Of a stretch of DNA of 64,000 nt, positions 49,358-62,430 are shown in pieces. The position numbers were made by a program, and so were the translations under genes. The notes below the pieces were generated by a model, which was not told the DNA's origin, ran no database searches, and saw only the letters and a program-made list of their open reading frames with translations. The stretch's first letter is position 1. Each line of letters opens with the position of its first letter. The DNA is from Octopus vulgaris (taxonomy: Eukaryota): assembly GCA_951406725.2 (NCBI GenBank), contig OX597823.1, forward strand, positions 117,180,001 to 117,244,000. The letters run 5' to 3'.

Positions 49358-50410
49358 AGTCCTAGAAAATCTGTCTCAATGAATTCTTTCTGACCCAGGC
49401 AAGCATGTAAAAATAGATGTTAGAACTGGGACCCATGACACACATGGACTTACCAGCTTAATTTAATTATAGATATCTATGGAGACAGGGATCGATTTCT
49501 TTTGGTACATTTCCAAGCTTTGGAATCTTGTAAAGAATGTTGTATATACAGATATATAGTTATATATTTGTGTGTGTGTGTAATAAGTTTTAATTTGTGT
49601 AAATTTTCTTGTATGTTTTATTTTTTTTTTTAATATACATTTCAATGAAACAAAATATTAATTCCTCTCATAAACTATGCCTTATACTCGTTATAAATTA
49701 TAGCAGAAATTTATGTTTATTTTACTTGAGATAATTACTAATGACTCATTAATGCGGTGATTAGTATCCCTGTCATCACAGAAAGTTTAACACTAAATCT
49801 TCATTGTTTCCACAGATTCTTTTGTTGTCTTTTGTTACTGTTACAGTTTCTGTGACGTGAAATGGTTTCAAACCTTGAGTCTAACTTACCAAATAGAATT
49901 CTCTGGGGAAAGAAAGGAAAAGGAAAAGAAAAATTCTTAAATTGTTAAATTTCTTTTATATATAGTATTTTGTTTCTGTTTTGCCTTTTTTTTTGTTGGA
50001 TTTCATTTCTTTTAAGTCTTATCTAAGAATCACAATCTTCGTAGTTACACAGTTGTTCTTTCTGATGTTTTTAAAATTTCTTTTATTTTTTTTATTTTCA
50101 ACCTGTGCTGCCTTCATCTTCTCACTCACCCCGATGCAGTAATTTACCCCTGAGTCAAACAACAACAACAACAGTAACAACATACAGTAACTCACCTCTA
50201 AGACAGACAATAGTAACAACAACTTAATACAATAGTTTACTTTCAAGACAGACAAAAACAACAGCAAGAGCAACAACAACAGAAAAAAGTAGCTGGCAGT
50301 TAAGTAATAGTTTGTAAATCATTCTTTTAGGTGGTGGGATTGTATATGTATGCATATGTGTGTATATGTGTGTGTGTGTAGATATAAATACTTATATATA
50401 TATATATGTA

Positions 50411-50450
<40 letters not shown>

Positions 50451-50485
50451 TGTGTATGTGTGTATGTATATTTGTTGTGAGCATA

Positions 50486-50527
<42 letters not shown>

Positions 50528-50849
50528 GAGGGAGTGCAGAATATCTCTCTGCAAGATTGTATCTATTAGATTTACAATTAAAGCTTTCAAAAGCAAGGTT
50601 AACATGGTGGATATCAGAGAAAGTAAAGTTAGGGTGCAGGAGTTTTCATCCTGTAGGGTCATACAGCTGAAGGTCAGAAAAAGTAAGGTCAAGATGTTGG
50701 AGGGTTCCATTCTGTAAGGTCAAAGGGAAATTCCCTCAGAATGTCTCTTCTTCCTGCAAAATGAATGTGACCAAGATTAGGATGATGTTTGTGATACTGT
50801 GCATTCATAACGAAGAGATAAGACAAATACATTTACAGTTACGCTCATG

Positions 50850-51195
50850 GGTAGGGCATAGTACCAAAGATCTCCTCTTCTGCATCTAGAGTAACAACCC
50901 AGTACTGTAATAGCTTGGGTTTCAAGAGTCCACAATTATTCAAAATTCTGCTGAACAGTCTCAGAGATTTCTGAAGTCTAGATAATGAGGCCTTCAAAGA
51001 ACCTCTGGACAAATTTTCATCTGAAATACCAGATAACCTTACGTTATGGCAGGAAGCACAAAGAAGATTAGCTCCACGCAACTCACTACTTCACCAAAAA
51101 CAGTGCAGAAAGTAACCCAATCAAAGTGAAAGACAGTGCCCCTGCCTGATCTCAGGTTCTGTCTGAAACCAGTTAAAAAATAAAAGATAAAAGAA
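50850..51195 (+). mobile_element. CR1-group LINE 3' fragment
   Basis: IVPKISSSASRVTTQYCNSLGFKSPQLF..EIPD aligns with IVPRTPNLPSRCRTRYCDSLGF*SPQLF..GVPD of the 34437 LINE. Confidence 0.8.
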
Positions 51196-51198
51196 AGA

Positions 51199-51500
51199 TG
51201 GCTCCATGGTTAGGGCATCAAGCTCACAATCATAGTGAGTTTGATTCTCGGACCAGGCTGTGTCTTGTGTTCTTGAGCAAGACACTTTATTTCACATTAC
51301 TCCAGTTCACTTAGCTGTAGAAAGGAGTACCAGCCTTTGCCTTCCCTTTGGATAACATCAGTAGCATGGAGAAGGGAGGCTGGTATGCATGGGCGACTGA
51401 TGGTCTTCCATAAACAACCTTGCCCAGACTTGGACCTCGAAGGAGAACTTCCTATATGCAATCCCATGGTCATTGATGACCAAAAGGGTTCTTTTTTACC
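51199..51500 (+). mobile_element. SINE family C
   Basis: tggttaggg..gagtttgattc..gtgttcttgagcaagacacttt; paralog of 7664-8004. Confidence 0.75.
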
Positions 51501-51523
51501 TTTATATATATATATATATATAT

Positions 51524-51568
<45 letters not shown>

Positions 51569-51612
51569 TATATACATATATATATACATATATATACATA
51601 TATATATATACA

Positions 51613-51730
51613 GCCGCAGGCATGGCTGTGTGGTATGAAGCTTGCTTCCCAACCACATGATTCCAGGTTCAGTCCCACTGTATGGCACCTTGCCATCTAC
51701 TGTAGCCTCGGTCTGGCCAAAGCCCATCAT
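51613..51730 (+). mobile_element. SINE family A fragment
   Basis: tRNA-like head with a deleted core. Confidence 0.7.
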
Positions 51731-51782
51731 ATATGTGTGTGTGTGTGTGTATGTATAAATGTTTTTTTTTACATTGGGTTAT

Positions 51783-51998
51783 AATCCTTTCTATTATTGA
51801 CACAAGGCCTGGATTTTGTGGGGAGGGGGTAAGTGGATCACATTAACCCCAGTACATAACTGATACCTAATTTATCGACCCCAAAAGGATGAAAGGTAAA
51901 GTCGACCTCAGTGGAATTTGAACTCAGAACATAGCAGCAGACGAAATACCACTGATCATTTCGCCCGGCATGCTAACGATTCCGCCAGTTCACTGCCT
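51783..51998 (-). mobile_element. SINE family B with TSD
   Basis: ttacattg(g/a)gttataat on both sides. Confidence 0.88.
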
Positions 51999-52170
51999 TA
52001 CATTGAGTTATAATGAAAGTAATTTTTCATTAATTCAGAGGATCACTCAATAATTTTTGTAGAGTGCATACTTGTTATTCTTTTACAAGAAGAATATTGA
52101 CAGTGACTTCGAAGTTTTGACTTGCTCCAAATGAAATCTAAGCAAGCCAATACTGTTCTTATAACAGAAT

Positions 52171-52203
<33 letters not shown>

Positions 52204-52980
52204 AGAGAGATAGAGAGACAGACAGAAAAAGTGAAGGATTTCTGCTTCTCTTCAGAAATCAACTTATTTTAGCAGTTTGCATTCTTAAAGATAACTTTAA
52301 CTATAAACCTTGTTTACTAAGTAAGAAAAATGAAGATATTCAGAGTCATTACCTCTCCATTTAAGCACTGAAAATATTCTCTACCACAACAGAACCTGAT
52401 CACAAATATCAACTATTTCTTCTCCATATTTCAGTTTAAAAACACAGTAAAAATTAATAGACATGATTTTTATTATTTTATATAGTTTAGCATTATATTT
52501 GCTTCGTTTATATTTTATTTTCATATCTTTATTATTTAAACTTTTGTTGTTTTTTTTTACACTTTTACATTGTTTCGTTCAAAAATTATTGTCATCTTTT
52601 GCTCAGTTCATATATTTTGTTATTTTTCTTATTTAAATGTCATCTTTAAAAAGACACACAACATCCATATTGTTCATTCCTTTACTTTCCACAAATTATT
52701 TATTCATTTCTGTTTTTTTTTAAGAATTTTATTTTACCATCTTTTAAATCTGTTTTTCATGTTTTTGTCATTTTCCATTTTTTTTTTGTTTTGTATATCT
52801 GCCTCTAAAAACAAATTTTCATAAGTTTAAAAATTAGAATAAAAAATCACTTATACATATTCCTAATTTCTTTACATTTTTCCTATTTTCTCTGCCATTT
52901 GTATTTAGTGATCTATTTAGAAAATTTTTTGGCAGAATTTTTTCTTTCATACTTTTTCCCCATATACATACATACATACT

Positions 52981-53013
<33 letters not shown>

Positions 53014-53341
53014 CCATAATTTTTACTTCTTATTTTTGTCAAAACTCCAAATAATATTTGTAGTTTTCACTGCTGAACTTTGCTTTTTCTTCCCCTGGGT
53101 TCATTATGAAATCTAGCCTTGAGAGGAGTGCAAGAGACCAAAGTCCTGAATTAAGTTTTGAGTAATTCTTTACTGCATGTTTTATGTATTCTCTCTTCCA
53201 AACACCACTTTGCTTACAGAGAAAGTCATAAATATCACATGTTGGTCTCTCCTGTCAATGTAGCTAAGTAAAACTTTAGTCTTTCTGTCTTCAAAGTGTG
53301 TGAAGTAACATTTCTAACTTTGATTTTTTAGAAGAAAGAAG

Positions 53342-53746
53342 GGATCTTTTCGGTTTGAACGGCAGTTTTTTAAAATAATTTCCACGTAACTAAAATATTT
53401 TAGACTTTGTATACTGGTAGAATGTGTTTATAAAACATCTTTTTCTCTTTGCTTTATTGAGAAAATTCTATTGTTTGTAAGATATTTGTTGTTTTTTTCC
53501 TTCAATTTCTGCAATTTCAACCAATCAATGACGTCTATTGAGGTAAAAAACATTCTGTACCTTATGAATATGTCCCTCGTTTAAGAAACAGATTGGGTTT
53601 ATTTACATTTGTGAAGAAAAAAGATACCCTTCCCCCACACCTAACCCTAACCATAAACCAGATTGACCGATACTAGAGTCATGATTATGGGTGACAATTT
53701 CATATGACACTGCTAGAAAAAACTGCCATTCAAACCGAAAAGATCC
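53342..53746. mobile_element. 405-bp MITE with ~29-bp TIRs and 8-bp TSD
   Basis: ggatcttttcggtttgaacggcagttttt / aaaaactgccattcaaaccgaaaagatcc; gaaagaag at 53334-53341 and 53747-53754. Confidence 0.92.
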
Positions 53747-53967
53747 GAAAGAAGTTAAATCACAAACACCACAAATAAACTAAGTCATGTTCTTTTATTG
53801 ATTCCAATCATTGGCCTGCAATCATTTTGCGGTTGAGTGCATCTCATAAACATCTCAGTCGGGTGTCTATTTCATCAGAATCTATTTGTCAAACTGCAAA
53901 GTGTTAAAGGATGAAAAGACATAAAACACAGACAACACTAGTTTTTAGTCAGATGTATACATGAATA

Positions 53968-54109
53968 ATCTTTTCTACTTTAGGCTCTAGGCCTGAAATT
54001 TTTGAGGAGGGTGCCAGTTGATTAGATTGATCCCAGTACACAACTGGTACTTAATTTATCAGCCCTGAAAAGATGAAAGGCAAAGTCGATTTCTGTGGAA
54101 TTTTAACTC
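53968..54109 (-). mobile_element. SINE family B, truncated
   Basis: Core and tail; tgtatacatgaataat-like flanks. Confidence 0.75.
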
Positions 54110-54144
54110 ATGTACACATGAATAATAAATGCAAACATACATTT

Positions 54145-55000
54145 AGGCACAGGAGTGACTGCGTGGTAGGATGCTTGCTTCCCAACCATATGCATGGCAC
54201 TTTGGGCAAATGTCTTCTACTAGAGGTGCAGGAGTGGCTGTGTGGTAAGTAGCTTGCTAACCAACCAAATTGTTCCGGGTTCAGTCCCACTGTGTGGCAC
54301 CTCGGACAAGTGTCTTCTACTATAGCCTCGGGCCAACCAAAGCCTTGTGAGTGGATTTGGTAGACGGAAACTGAAAGAAACCCATCGTATATATGTATAT
54401 ATATATGTATGTGTGTGTATATGTTTGTGTGTCTGTGTTTGTCCCCCCAACATCGCTTGACAACCAGTGCTGGTGTGTTTACTTAGCAGTTAGGCAAAAG
54501 AAACCAGCATGGCCACAGTCACATGACTGAAACAAGTAAAAGAGTATAGCCTGGAGCCAACCAAAGCCTTGTGAGTGCATTTGGTAGATGGAAACTGCCC
54601 AGCATGGCCGCGGCCTTCGGGCTAAAACATTTTTAAGGATTTAAGGATATATATATAACCGACCTGAACTTGGTGTTTAACTATTTAAGTACCTGATTTT
54701 CTTGAACCCTGAAAATTTAAATATATATCTATTCTGTTATTCTTTTACATGTGTCAGTCATTTAACAGCAGCCATGCTGGAGCACCACCTTAAAGGGTAT
54801 TTTTAGTCAAACAAATCAACCCCATGACATATTCTTTATAAGCGTAGTATTTATTTCTTCTTTCAGTTTCCATCTACCAAATCCATTCACAAGTCTTTGG
54901 TTAGCCTGAGGGTATAGTAGAAGAAATTTGCCCAGTGTCATGCAGAGGGTCTGAACCCAGACCCATGTTGTTGGGAAGCAGGCTTCTTACCACACAGTCA
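54145..55000. mobile_element. Cluster of nested SINE family A copies (+ 54145-54650; - 54735-55000)
   Basis: Repeated heads caggagtg(g/a)ctg and cores; copy 54223-54546 sits inside another at ctacta.. Confidence 0.8.
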
Positions 55001-55402
55001 CATATAATATATTTGAATCATCTTTCTATACTTCCATAGTAGTCCCTTGTCATCTCCTCGCCAGCTCTGTCTTGCTTCCAGCTACTTCCATCCAAACTTA
55101 TACAATGCTGGGAAGTCATATATCTACTGTACAGCAACACATCTGTGTCTGTTCCTCTAACATACTCTAGCTTCTCACCACCTGATGGCATAAAGCTACC
55201 TCTCTCTGTACTTTGCAACCTCACTGGTGCTTGTGTTATTAAAAAACAACTCTAGGATACTCTGTAAAGCAGATGGCATTAAGAAGAGTATCCAGCTACA
55301 GAAACAATGCTAAAACAGACATTGGCACTCGGAACATCCCTTTTGCTCTTTGGACACTGTCAAACTGTTCATTGCAAGCTAGCATCAAAGATTCTCATTT
55401 TT

Positions 55403-56034
55403 TATTTCTTTACTGCCCACAAGGGGCTACACTCAGAGGGTACAAACAGGGACAGACAAATGGATTAAGTTGATCATATCGACCCCAGTGTGTAACTGGT
55501 ACTTATTTAATCAACCCCGAAAGGATGAAGGGCAAAGTTAACCATGGCAGAATTTGAACTCAGAACGTAGTGGCAGACGAAATACCACTAAGCATTTTGC
55601 CCAGCGTGCTAACGTTTCTGCCGCCAGCATCAAAGATTGATACTACATGGTAATATATTTTATTACATACACATGCATGCATGCACTTACACACATACAC
55701 ATGCACGTGCACCAGGGTTCCATGTAGATTCATGTGTGTCTCTAGCCTTGAATTCAGAATTAAGACTGAAGACATTTAAACTTTTTACTTATCACTATAG
55801 GAAAATATTTTGTTAAAACATCGGTTTCAAATTTTGGCACAGAGCCAGCAGTTTTAGGGGAGGGGTAATTTAGTTACACCGACCCTCACTACACAACTGG
55901 TACTTATTTCATTGACCACAAAGTGATGAAAGGCAAAGTCAACCTTGGCAGAATTTGAACTCAGAATGTGAAAATGGACGAAATGCTTTTAAGCATTTTG
56001 CCCAGCTTGCTAACAACTCTGCCAGCTCACTGCC
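55403..56034 (-). mobile_element. Two SINE family B copies (55403-55622, 55823-56034)
   Basis: Family B cores with the two alternative tails. Confidence 0.85.
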
Positions 56035-56340
56035 TGCATATTTTGCTATAATATTGAAAAGGGTTTATAATTCCATATACCATGTAAATTTTCTGACTGA
56101 TAGCAACAGACAATTCATTTTACGTTCATTTCTGCAGGTTTTCTAGAAGCTGTTGTATAACTCCAAGTTAACCATACATTCTATTTGTGACCGTCTTGTC
56201 TGTATTTTAACATATACCCAGGACTACATTTTTCTGGTTATATATATCTGTTTCTTGATGGTAGGATGTGATTTGAGGGAGATTAGCCTGATATCTCTAG
56301 CAGCACTTCCAGGATTCCTTCATTGATTTTTGTCATTGTT

Positions 56341-56772
56341 AGGGTGGCAAGCTGGCAGAATTGTTAGCACACTGGGTGAAATGCTTAGTGGTATTTCATC
56401 TGTTGCTACATTCTGAGTTCAAATTCTGCCGAGGTCAACTTTGCTTTTCATCCTTTCGGGGTCAATAAATTAAGTACCAGTTACACACTGGGGTCGATGT
56501 AATCGACTTAATCTCTTTGTCTGTCCTTTTTGTCCCCTCTATGTTTAGCCCCTTGTGGGCAATAAAGAAATAAGAATTGTTAGCATGCTGGGCAAAAGGC
56601 TTAGTGGTGCTTTATTCATTTTCACAATCTAGGTTCAAATTCTACCGAGGTCGAATTTGCCAGTCATTCTTTTGGGGTCGATAAAATAAAGTACCAGTTT
56701 CACACTGGGGTTGATTTAATTGACTTAGCCCCTCCTCCAATATTACTGGCCTTGTGCCAAAATTTGAAACCA
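56341..56772 (+). mobile_element. Two abutting SINE family B copies (56341-56575, 56576-56772)
   Basis: Family B cores with the two alternative tails. Confidence 0.85.
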
Positions 56773-57654
56773 ACATTTTTGTCACTGTTCACTATTATAT
56801 TCTTCGTTTTTCCATGATATCAAAGATTTACTTAAAAATCATGTTCTTATGAAGAAAAGTATAACATTTCACCAAAACATTTTCTCCAGTGAATTTTAGC
56901 TTCTTTTTTTCTTTTTTTTTATCAGGCATATATTTTTTAAATAGTTTTAGTAGTGGCATAGAATAAGAAAATACGAAAAAATGAAACATTCACATTATTT
57001 TATTTATTTCCTTCACAATTTATTTTTCAAATTTCTGTTTTGAAATTGTAAACAGAATGTAATAAAACTTTCCCACACACACACACACAAACACACACAC
57101 ACATGCACAAAAAGTAGATCCAGAAATACATAACTTTAAATATCAAAATAAATAATATTTAAATATAGGTTCTGAAATAACACCAGTAACAATAAGACAT
57201 ACTTGCAAAAATTTATTTAAAATTTCCAAAATCTCAATATTTTTCCCCATTCAACAATTTTGCTGTCTTTTTACCTTTTTTCGTATCTTATATTCTCAAA
57301 CTTTTTGAGATTGAGATATTGTGTAAAATGAGAGAGATTCCAGCAGAAGGACAGAAAAGAAGTTCTTAGACTTTTGAATATGAGACAAAGTTTCACTGCC
57401 ACAGATTTGACTCTCTTTTACACTTTCTTTGAATTCTTTATATTGTCAATTTGAAGAACAGTTCTACCTGATAAATGTGTGTGTGGGGTGTATAAAGGCA
57501 CACATGCATATATAAATATATATACATATATATATATATGGATTTGTATCTTTATACATACATTCACACACACACACACATATATATATATATTTGCCAT
57601 GCACATGTATGTATATATATACATATATATATATATATGTATATATATACATAT

Positions 57655-57775
57655 ACAGGGGGGAATTCACAAAAGACGATGACAGGTGGTGTAGCCAACA
57701 AACAGGTGTATTAGTATAGTGCTCAGGAATTGAAAAAGTCTTTAATGTTTCAAGCCTACGCTCTTCCACAAAAAC
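57655..57775 (-). repeat. Microsatellite-flanked fragment with degenerate hammerhead-like motif
   Basis: Reverse strand ttgtgga-a-gagc-gtag-gctt-gaaacatt. Confidence 0.35.
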
Positions 57776-57855
57776 ACACATACATATATATATGTACCAC
57801 TCATATGCATATATATATACATTTGCCATGCACATGTGTGTGTGTGTGTGTATAC

Positions 57856-57886
<31 letters not shown>

Positions 57887-60169
57887 TAATCATCATCATC
57901 ATCACCGTCAATCATCATTTAATGTTTGTCTTCTATACAAGCATGGACAGTTTGGAAGTATATGATGAGTTAGAGGACTGCATCTTGCTCCAATATCTGT
58001 TTTGATATGGTTTCTTCTGTGGATTTCTTTTTGAATGTCAACCACTTTACCTAATATTCTGGGTGGTTTTTTTTTTGGAGACTCCAGCACTAGTGAAAGT
58101 CCCATGGAATTCACAAGAGTAAAAAGCCCCCTTCAACTGACTAGAGAGGTCATGTAGAGAAGGAGGCAGATTTATGCTAGGTGTTGAAAGGTTAAAGCAT
58201 GGAAGAAGGGATGGGAACAGGTTTGTTGGTATAAAGAAGATAAATGGCTTCTCTGCATTATATATATATATAATAATAATAATAATAATTTTTTGCATAA
58301 TAAGATAAAAAACCAAGGCTGTGTAGATATTAGAGCATTTATAGATAGAAGGTCTTACAGCTGTTTCTAGGATATTTATTAGTTATATCCCTTCATCGGA
58401 TACAGTGTGAGAGGATAGTTAAGTCATAGTTAGGCGAGAATAATTTGATGGAACTGGAAAGAGAGAAAATGGAAAGAGATAGAAAAAGATTGGAGGGGTA
58501 ATAAGGTATCAGAGCCTCAAAGTATAAGAAGGTGAGTAAAAGAAGGTGAGGTCGAAAGATCAGAAAAGTTGGACAAGTAAAGGGTGCAAGGGCGTGGGAG
58601 GTGAGGGAGGGAGAGGGTTTGGGATGGGGGTAGGGATGAATGTAGTTAGTAGTGAAAAATGGTGGAGGAATGGTCAAGGTAAATAGGAGTGGGAGAAGAA
58701 GGGGATAAAAATAAGGATTGAGTGTCAATAACTGTAGCTCTGGGGAGAGGAGGTGATGACCACATGCACTTACACGTTTATTTGTTTGTATATGTATGAA
58801 GTTATATACATACCTGTATGCACAAAAGCCCCCACATATTCTTTTTCATAAACATTAAGCATAGGAAAAGTGTTCAGGGGTCAAAGAAAATGTTTAATTA
58901 TGCCTCAAGATATGATGTGAAGTGCAGGTGCAGGTTTAGATTTTTGACCCATCTTTTTTTCCTTGTATGAATCCTCAACTCCTCACCATATTGTTATAGA
59001 ACATGTTGTACATTTTAAACCTGGGAGAGTCCATCCCATCTCCAGGTCTAAAACAGCCAACTTCTTCCAGAGAGCGAGAGAGAAAGAGGTAATATCAACA
59101 TCAATACTGTATCGATACTATATCAATACTCAAAATGATGAAAGGTAAAATTTACCCTAACAGGATTTGAACTCAAAGCACAAAGAGCTGGAATCAATAA
59201 TGCAAGTCAATCTCATCGCTGCTGTAGTGACTCATCTTGCTCTCCACTAATAGCTTTTTAGAAGATGCTTTTCTTTGTAAAAATTTCAGACTTTGGTTTA
59301 TATAATTAGTAGATTTGAGAGTGTTTCTGAGGGTGAATCTCTTCTCAGCTGTACATAAATCACATCTTTTATTGCCAGTGTTATGACTTCTATTTCTCTA
59401 ATATCTACTTGATGATAAATCAGTAGCATAATCTTTCAAATTCCAAATGTAATTGGGCTGTTTTAACACTCTTCTTTTCTCTGTATGTGATGAGGTATTA
59501 TTTATGTATTATTGTTTAAATATATTTTCTACCATACTATACATTGTTTCCAAACTACATCAAGATTTGGTTTGATAGAGGTGGTTTCTGCTTTATATAT
59601 ATTTGCTTCAGTATTAAATGACAGGTTTAGTGGGCATAAGTTAGTCTTACTTACATATATAGTTGTTCTCAATTATTTTGAAAAATTTATGAGCTCTTAG
59701 ATTTTCATATGGGTGGTGCAACTACAACTCAGTTTAATACTGTTCACACTAAATAATTTTCTGTGGCTATGGTTAATAGAGAAGTATCAAGATTAAGGCA
59801 AGGGAATTGTTGATAATGTTGAACTCAATGTTTATTGAAAAAGGGGATGTAAAGTAGATGATATTATAATGTTTCTTTTTAGTTTGAGATGGCAAGTAGA
59901 AATTGCTATTTTTAGGTAAAAATTATTGAAGATTTTAGTAAGACTTTTTCTTAACTGCATGAGAAAGTGCTGAGCTCTAATTGTGGTAGGGTAGGCCCAG
60001 GTAGATGTGCGATGAAGTGGTGAGAAAGGATCTTCAGACTCTGGGCCTCGCTGAGGAAATGACAAGGGATTAGATGTGGTGATTTGCTGTATTTGATAAG
60101 ACACATCAAGCTAAGTAAAATCGTTGTCTACCACACATACAGTCTTGTTCCTCATGTACTCATGCTACT

Positions 60170-60391
60170 TAAAAAGCACCTGTACTCGTGCTGTGTTAAT
60201 GCACCCCTGCTGGTGACACATAAAAAGCACCCAGCACACTTTGATTAGTGGTTGGCATTAGGGAGGGCGTCCATCCATAGAAACCATGCCACAATAGACA
60301 GATGGAGTCTGGACGGCTCCCTGGTAACCAGCTCCATGTCAAACCATCCAGCCTAAGCTAGCATGGAAAGAGGATGCTAAACGATGATGAT
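60170..60391 (+). mobile_element. RTE 3'UTR fragment
   Basis: aaaaagcaccc..gtggttggcattagg..gctagcatggaaa..(GAT)n. Confidence 0.7.
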
Positions 60392-60890
60392 GTGTCTATT
60401 GGCTTATTAGCATTTAACTACTGCATTACTCCTGTATAGGTGTGGCCTAATGATTAGGGTATTACCCTCATGATTGCAAGATTGTGGTTTTGATTCCTGG
60501 ACTGGGCAGTGCATTGTGGTCTTGAACAAAATATTCAATTTCACATTGATCTACCATCACTTCAACATGTGACTTGTGGCACACTGTGCAACCTGAACAG
60601 GCAATGTCAATTTCATGGAGGAGGTGAGATCATGTACAGCCCAAACATTTAATCACTATAAACAAATCATCCGTGCTGGTTGTTCAACAAGAAGTTGCAG
60701 AATGATCTTTTTCGGATACGAGAAACTACCATCAAATGATATCTTTATTGTTAAATTTCTGATTTAGTGCAACAAGGATATATAATCCTACAATATCACA
60801 GAATCCATAATCATTTGGTTCCATACATCAATAGAAGCTGACTCAGGCAAAATCTTTGTTTGAAAACAGAAATTTTATTAGCTATGTTTG

Positions 60891-60965
<75 letters not shown>

Positions 60966-61574
60966 CACATATGTGTGCATGCGTGTGTGTGCATGGATTC
61001 TAGGTCACTGAAAATTAAGGACTTAAAGGCAGGCATAAAATTCAAATTGTGTAAATTTATATGAAAATATTTTCATTTTTCATATTATCAATCCACTAAC
61101 TATATTGTTTTTATTCCATGACTGGAGGTTGGTTGTTTTTAATGATAATTTTAATAGCACTTAAGACTTTATTGCTAATTAATCTGATTTCAGTTTTAGA
61201 GGAGTTAATTAATCTACATTTGAGGCTGGAGGTAAAAATTCTCTTTAGTACTTTTAAGTGTGATATATGCCATACATACAGCTAATTTATTATCTGATTT
61301 AGGCTTATGAGCTATATTTTCCACCACACTGCAAACAGTATTCAATGTGCTGTTGTCTTGCTACAGTTTTGTGTTTTATTTCTGAGTTAGTTATGCATGT
61401 TATTTTCTATACCATAAAGATTTGTAATTCTATCAGAAATTATGTTTTTATTTTTAGATTTCTTAATGTTCTTAATGTCAGATTTAAGTTTAAGAGAGAC
61501 CAAATAGAGTATCCTTTTGCTTTTACAACTTTGCCACAAGAATTCAATGTCAATAAAATGTGTTAATATTTTGC

Positions 61575-61820
61575 AGTGGCTAAGTGGTTAGGGTGTCAGC
61601 ATCATGATCGTGAGGTTGTGGTTTCGATTCCTGGACCGGGTGACGCGTTGTGTTCTTGAGCAAAACACTTCATTTCACGTTGCTCCAGTCCACTCAGCTG
61701 GCAAAAATGAGTAACGCTGTGATGGATTGGTGTCCCGTCCAGCTGGGGAATACATACGCCATAGAAACCGGGAAACTGGGCCCATGAGTCTGGCTAGGCT
61801 TGAAAAAGGGTACATTTATT
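61575..61820 (+). mobile_element. SINE family C, young copy
   Basis: tggctaagtggttag..gtttcgattcc..gtgttcttgagcaaaacactt. Confidence 0.85.
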
Positions 61821-62204
61821 TTTTTAATTTTAATATATGGTTACCATAGTACAACTTACATAGTCCATGCCTAGTTTAACATGATCTTATACAATTTGTA
61901 CCTAGTTTTATTAATACAGTGTTACTATAGACCTCGTACCTAGTTTTAACAATCCAACACTACCATAGCCTTCTGACATAGTCTGTACCCAGCATCTTCC
62001 AAAGCATTTTCCCAAAGTTTAGTAGGCTTGTAAAACGAACATGGTTCATCAGATGCTTGATGAGCTGGGTCTTTTCTATGAGCCTATGAAACTTTAAAGT
62101 GCATGGAACTGATTCAAACTGTTATTGAATATTATGTGTAACTCCTATCAAATGTGTTGTATGCCACTTTCTTTCATTCATCCACTCATTCATAGGTATA
62201 CACA

Positions 62205-62430
62205 TTTACCGATCGCAGCCGTTTGCCAGCCTCGTCTGGCCACTGTGCCGGTGGCACATAAAAAGCACCCACTACACTCACGGAGTGCTTGGCATTAGGA
62301 AGGGCATCCAGCTGTAGAAACACTGCCAGATCAGACTGGGGCCTGGTGCAGCCTCCTGGCTTCCCAGACCCCAGTTGAACCATCCAACCCATGCTAGCTT
62401 GGAAAAAGGACGTTAAACGATAATGATGAT
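62205..62430 (+). mobile_element. RTE 3'UTR fragment
   Basis: Near-identical to the reverse complement of 2880-3110. Confidence 0.85.

Noticed and set aside
53640-53660. Interstitial telomere
   Set aside because: Only about two CCCTAA units, inside a MITE.
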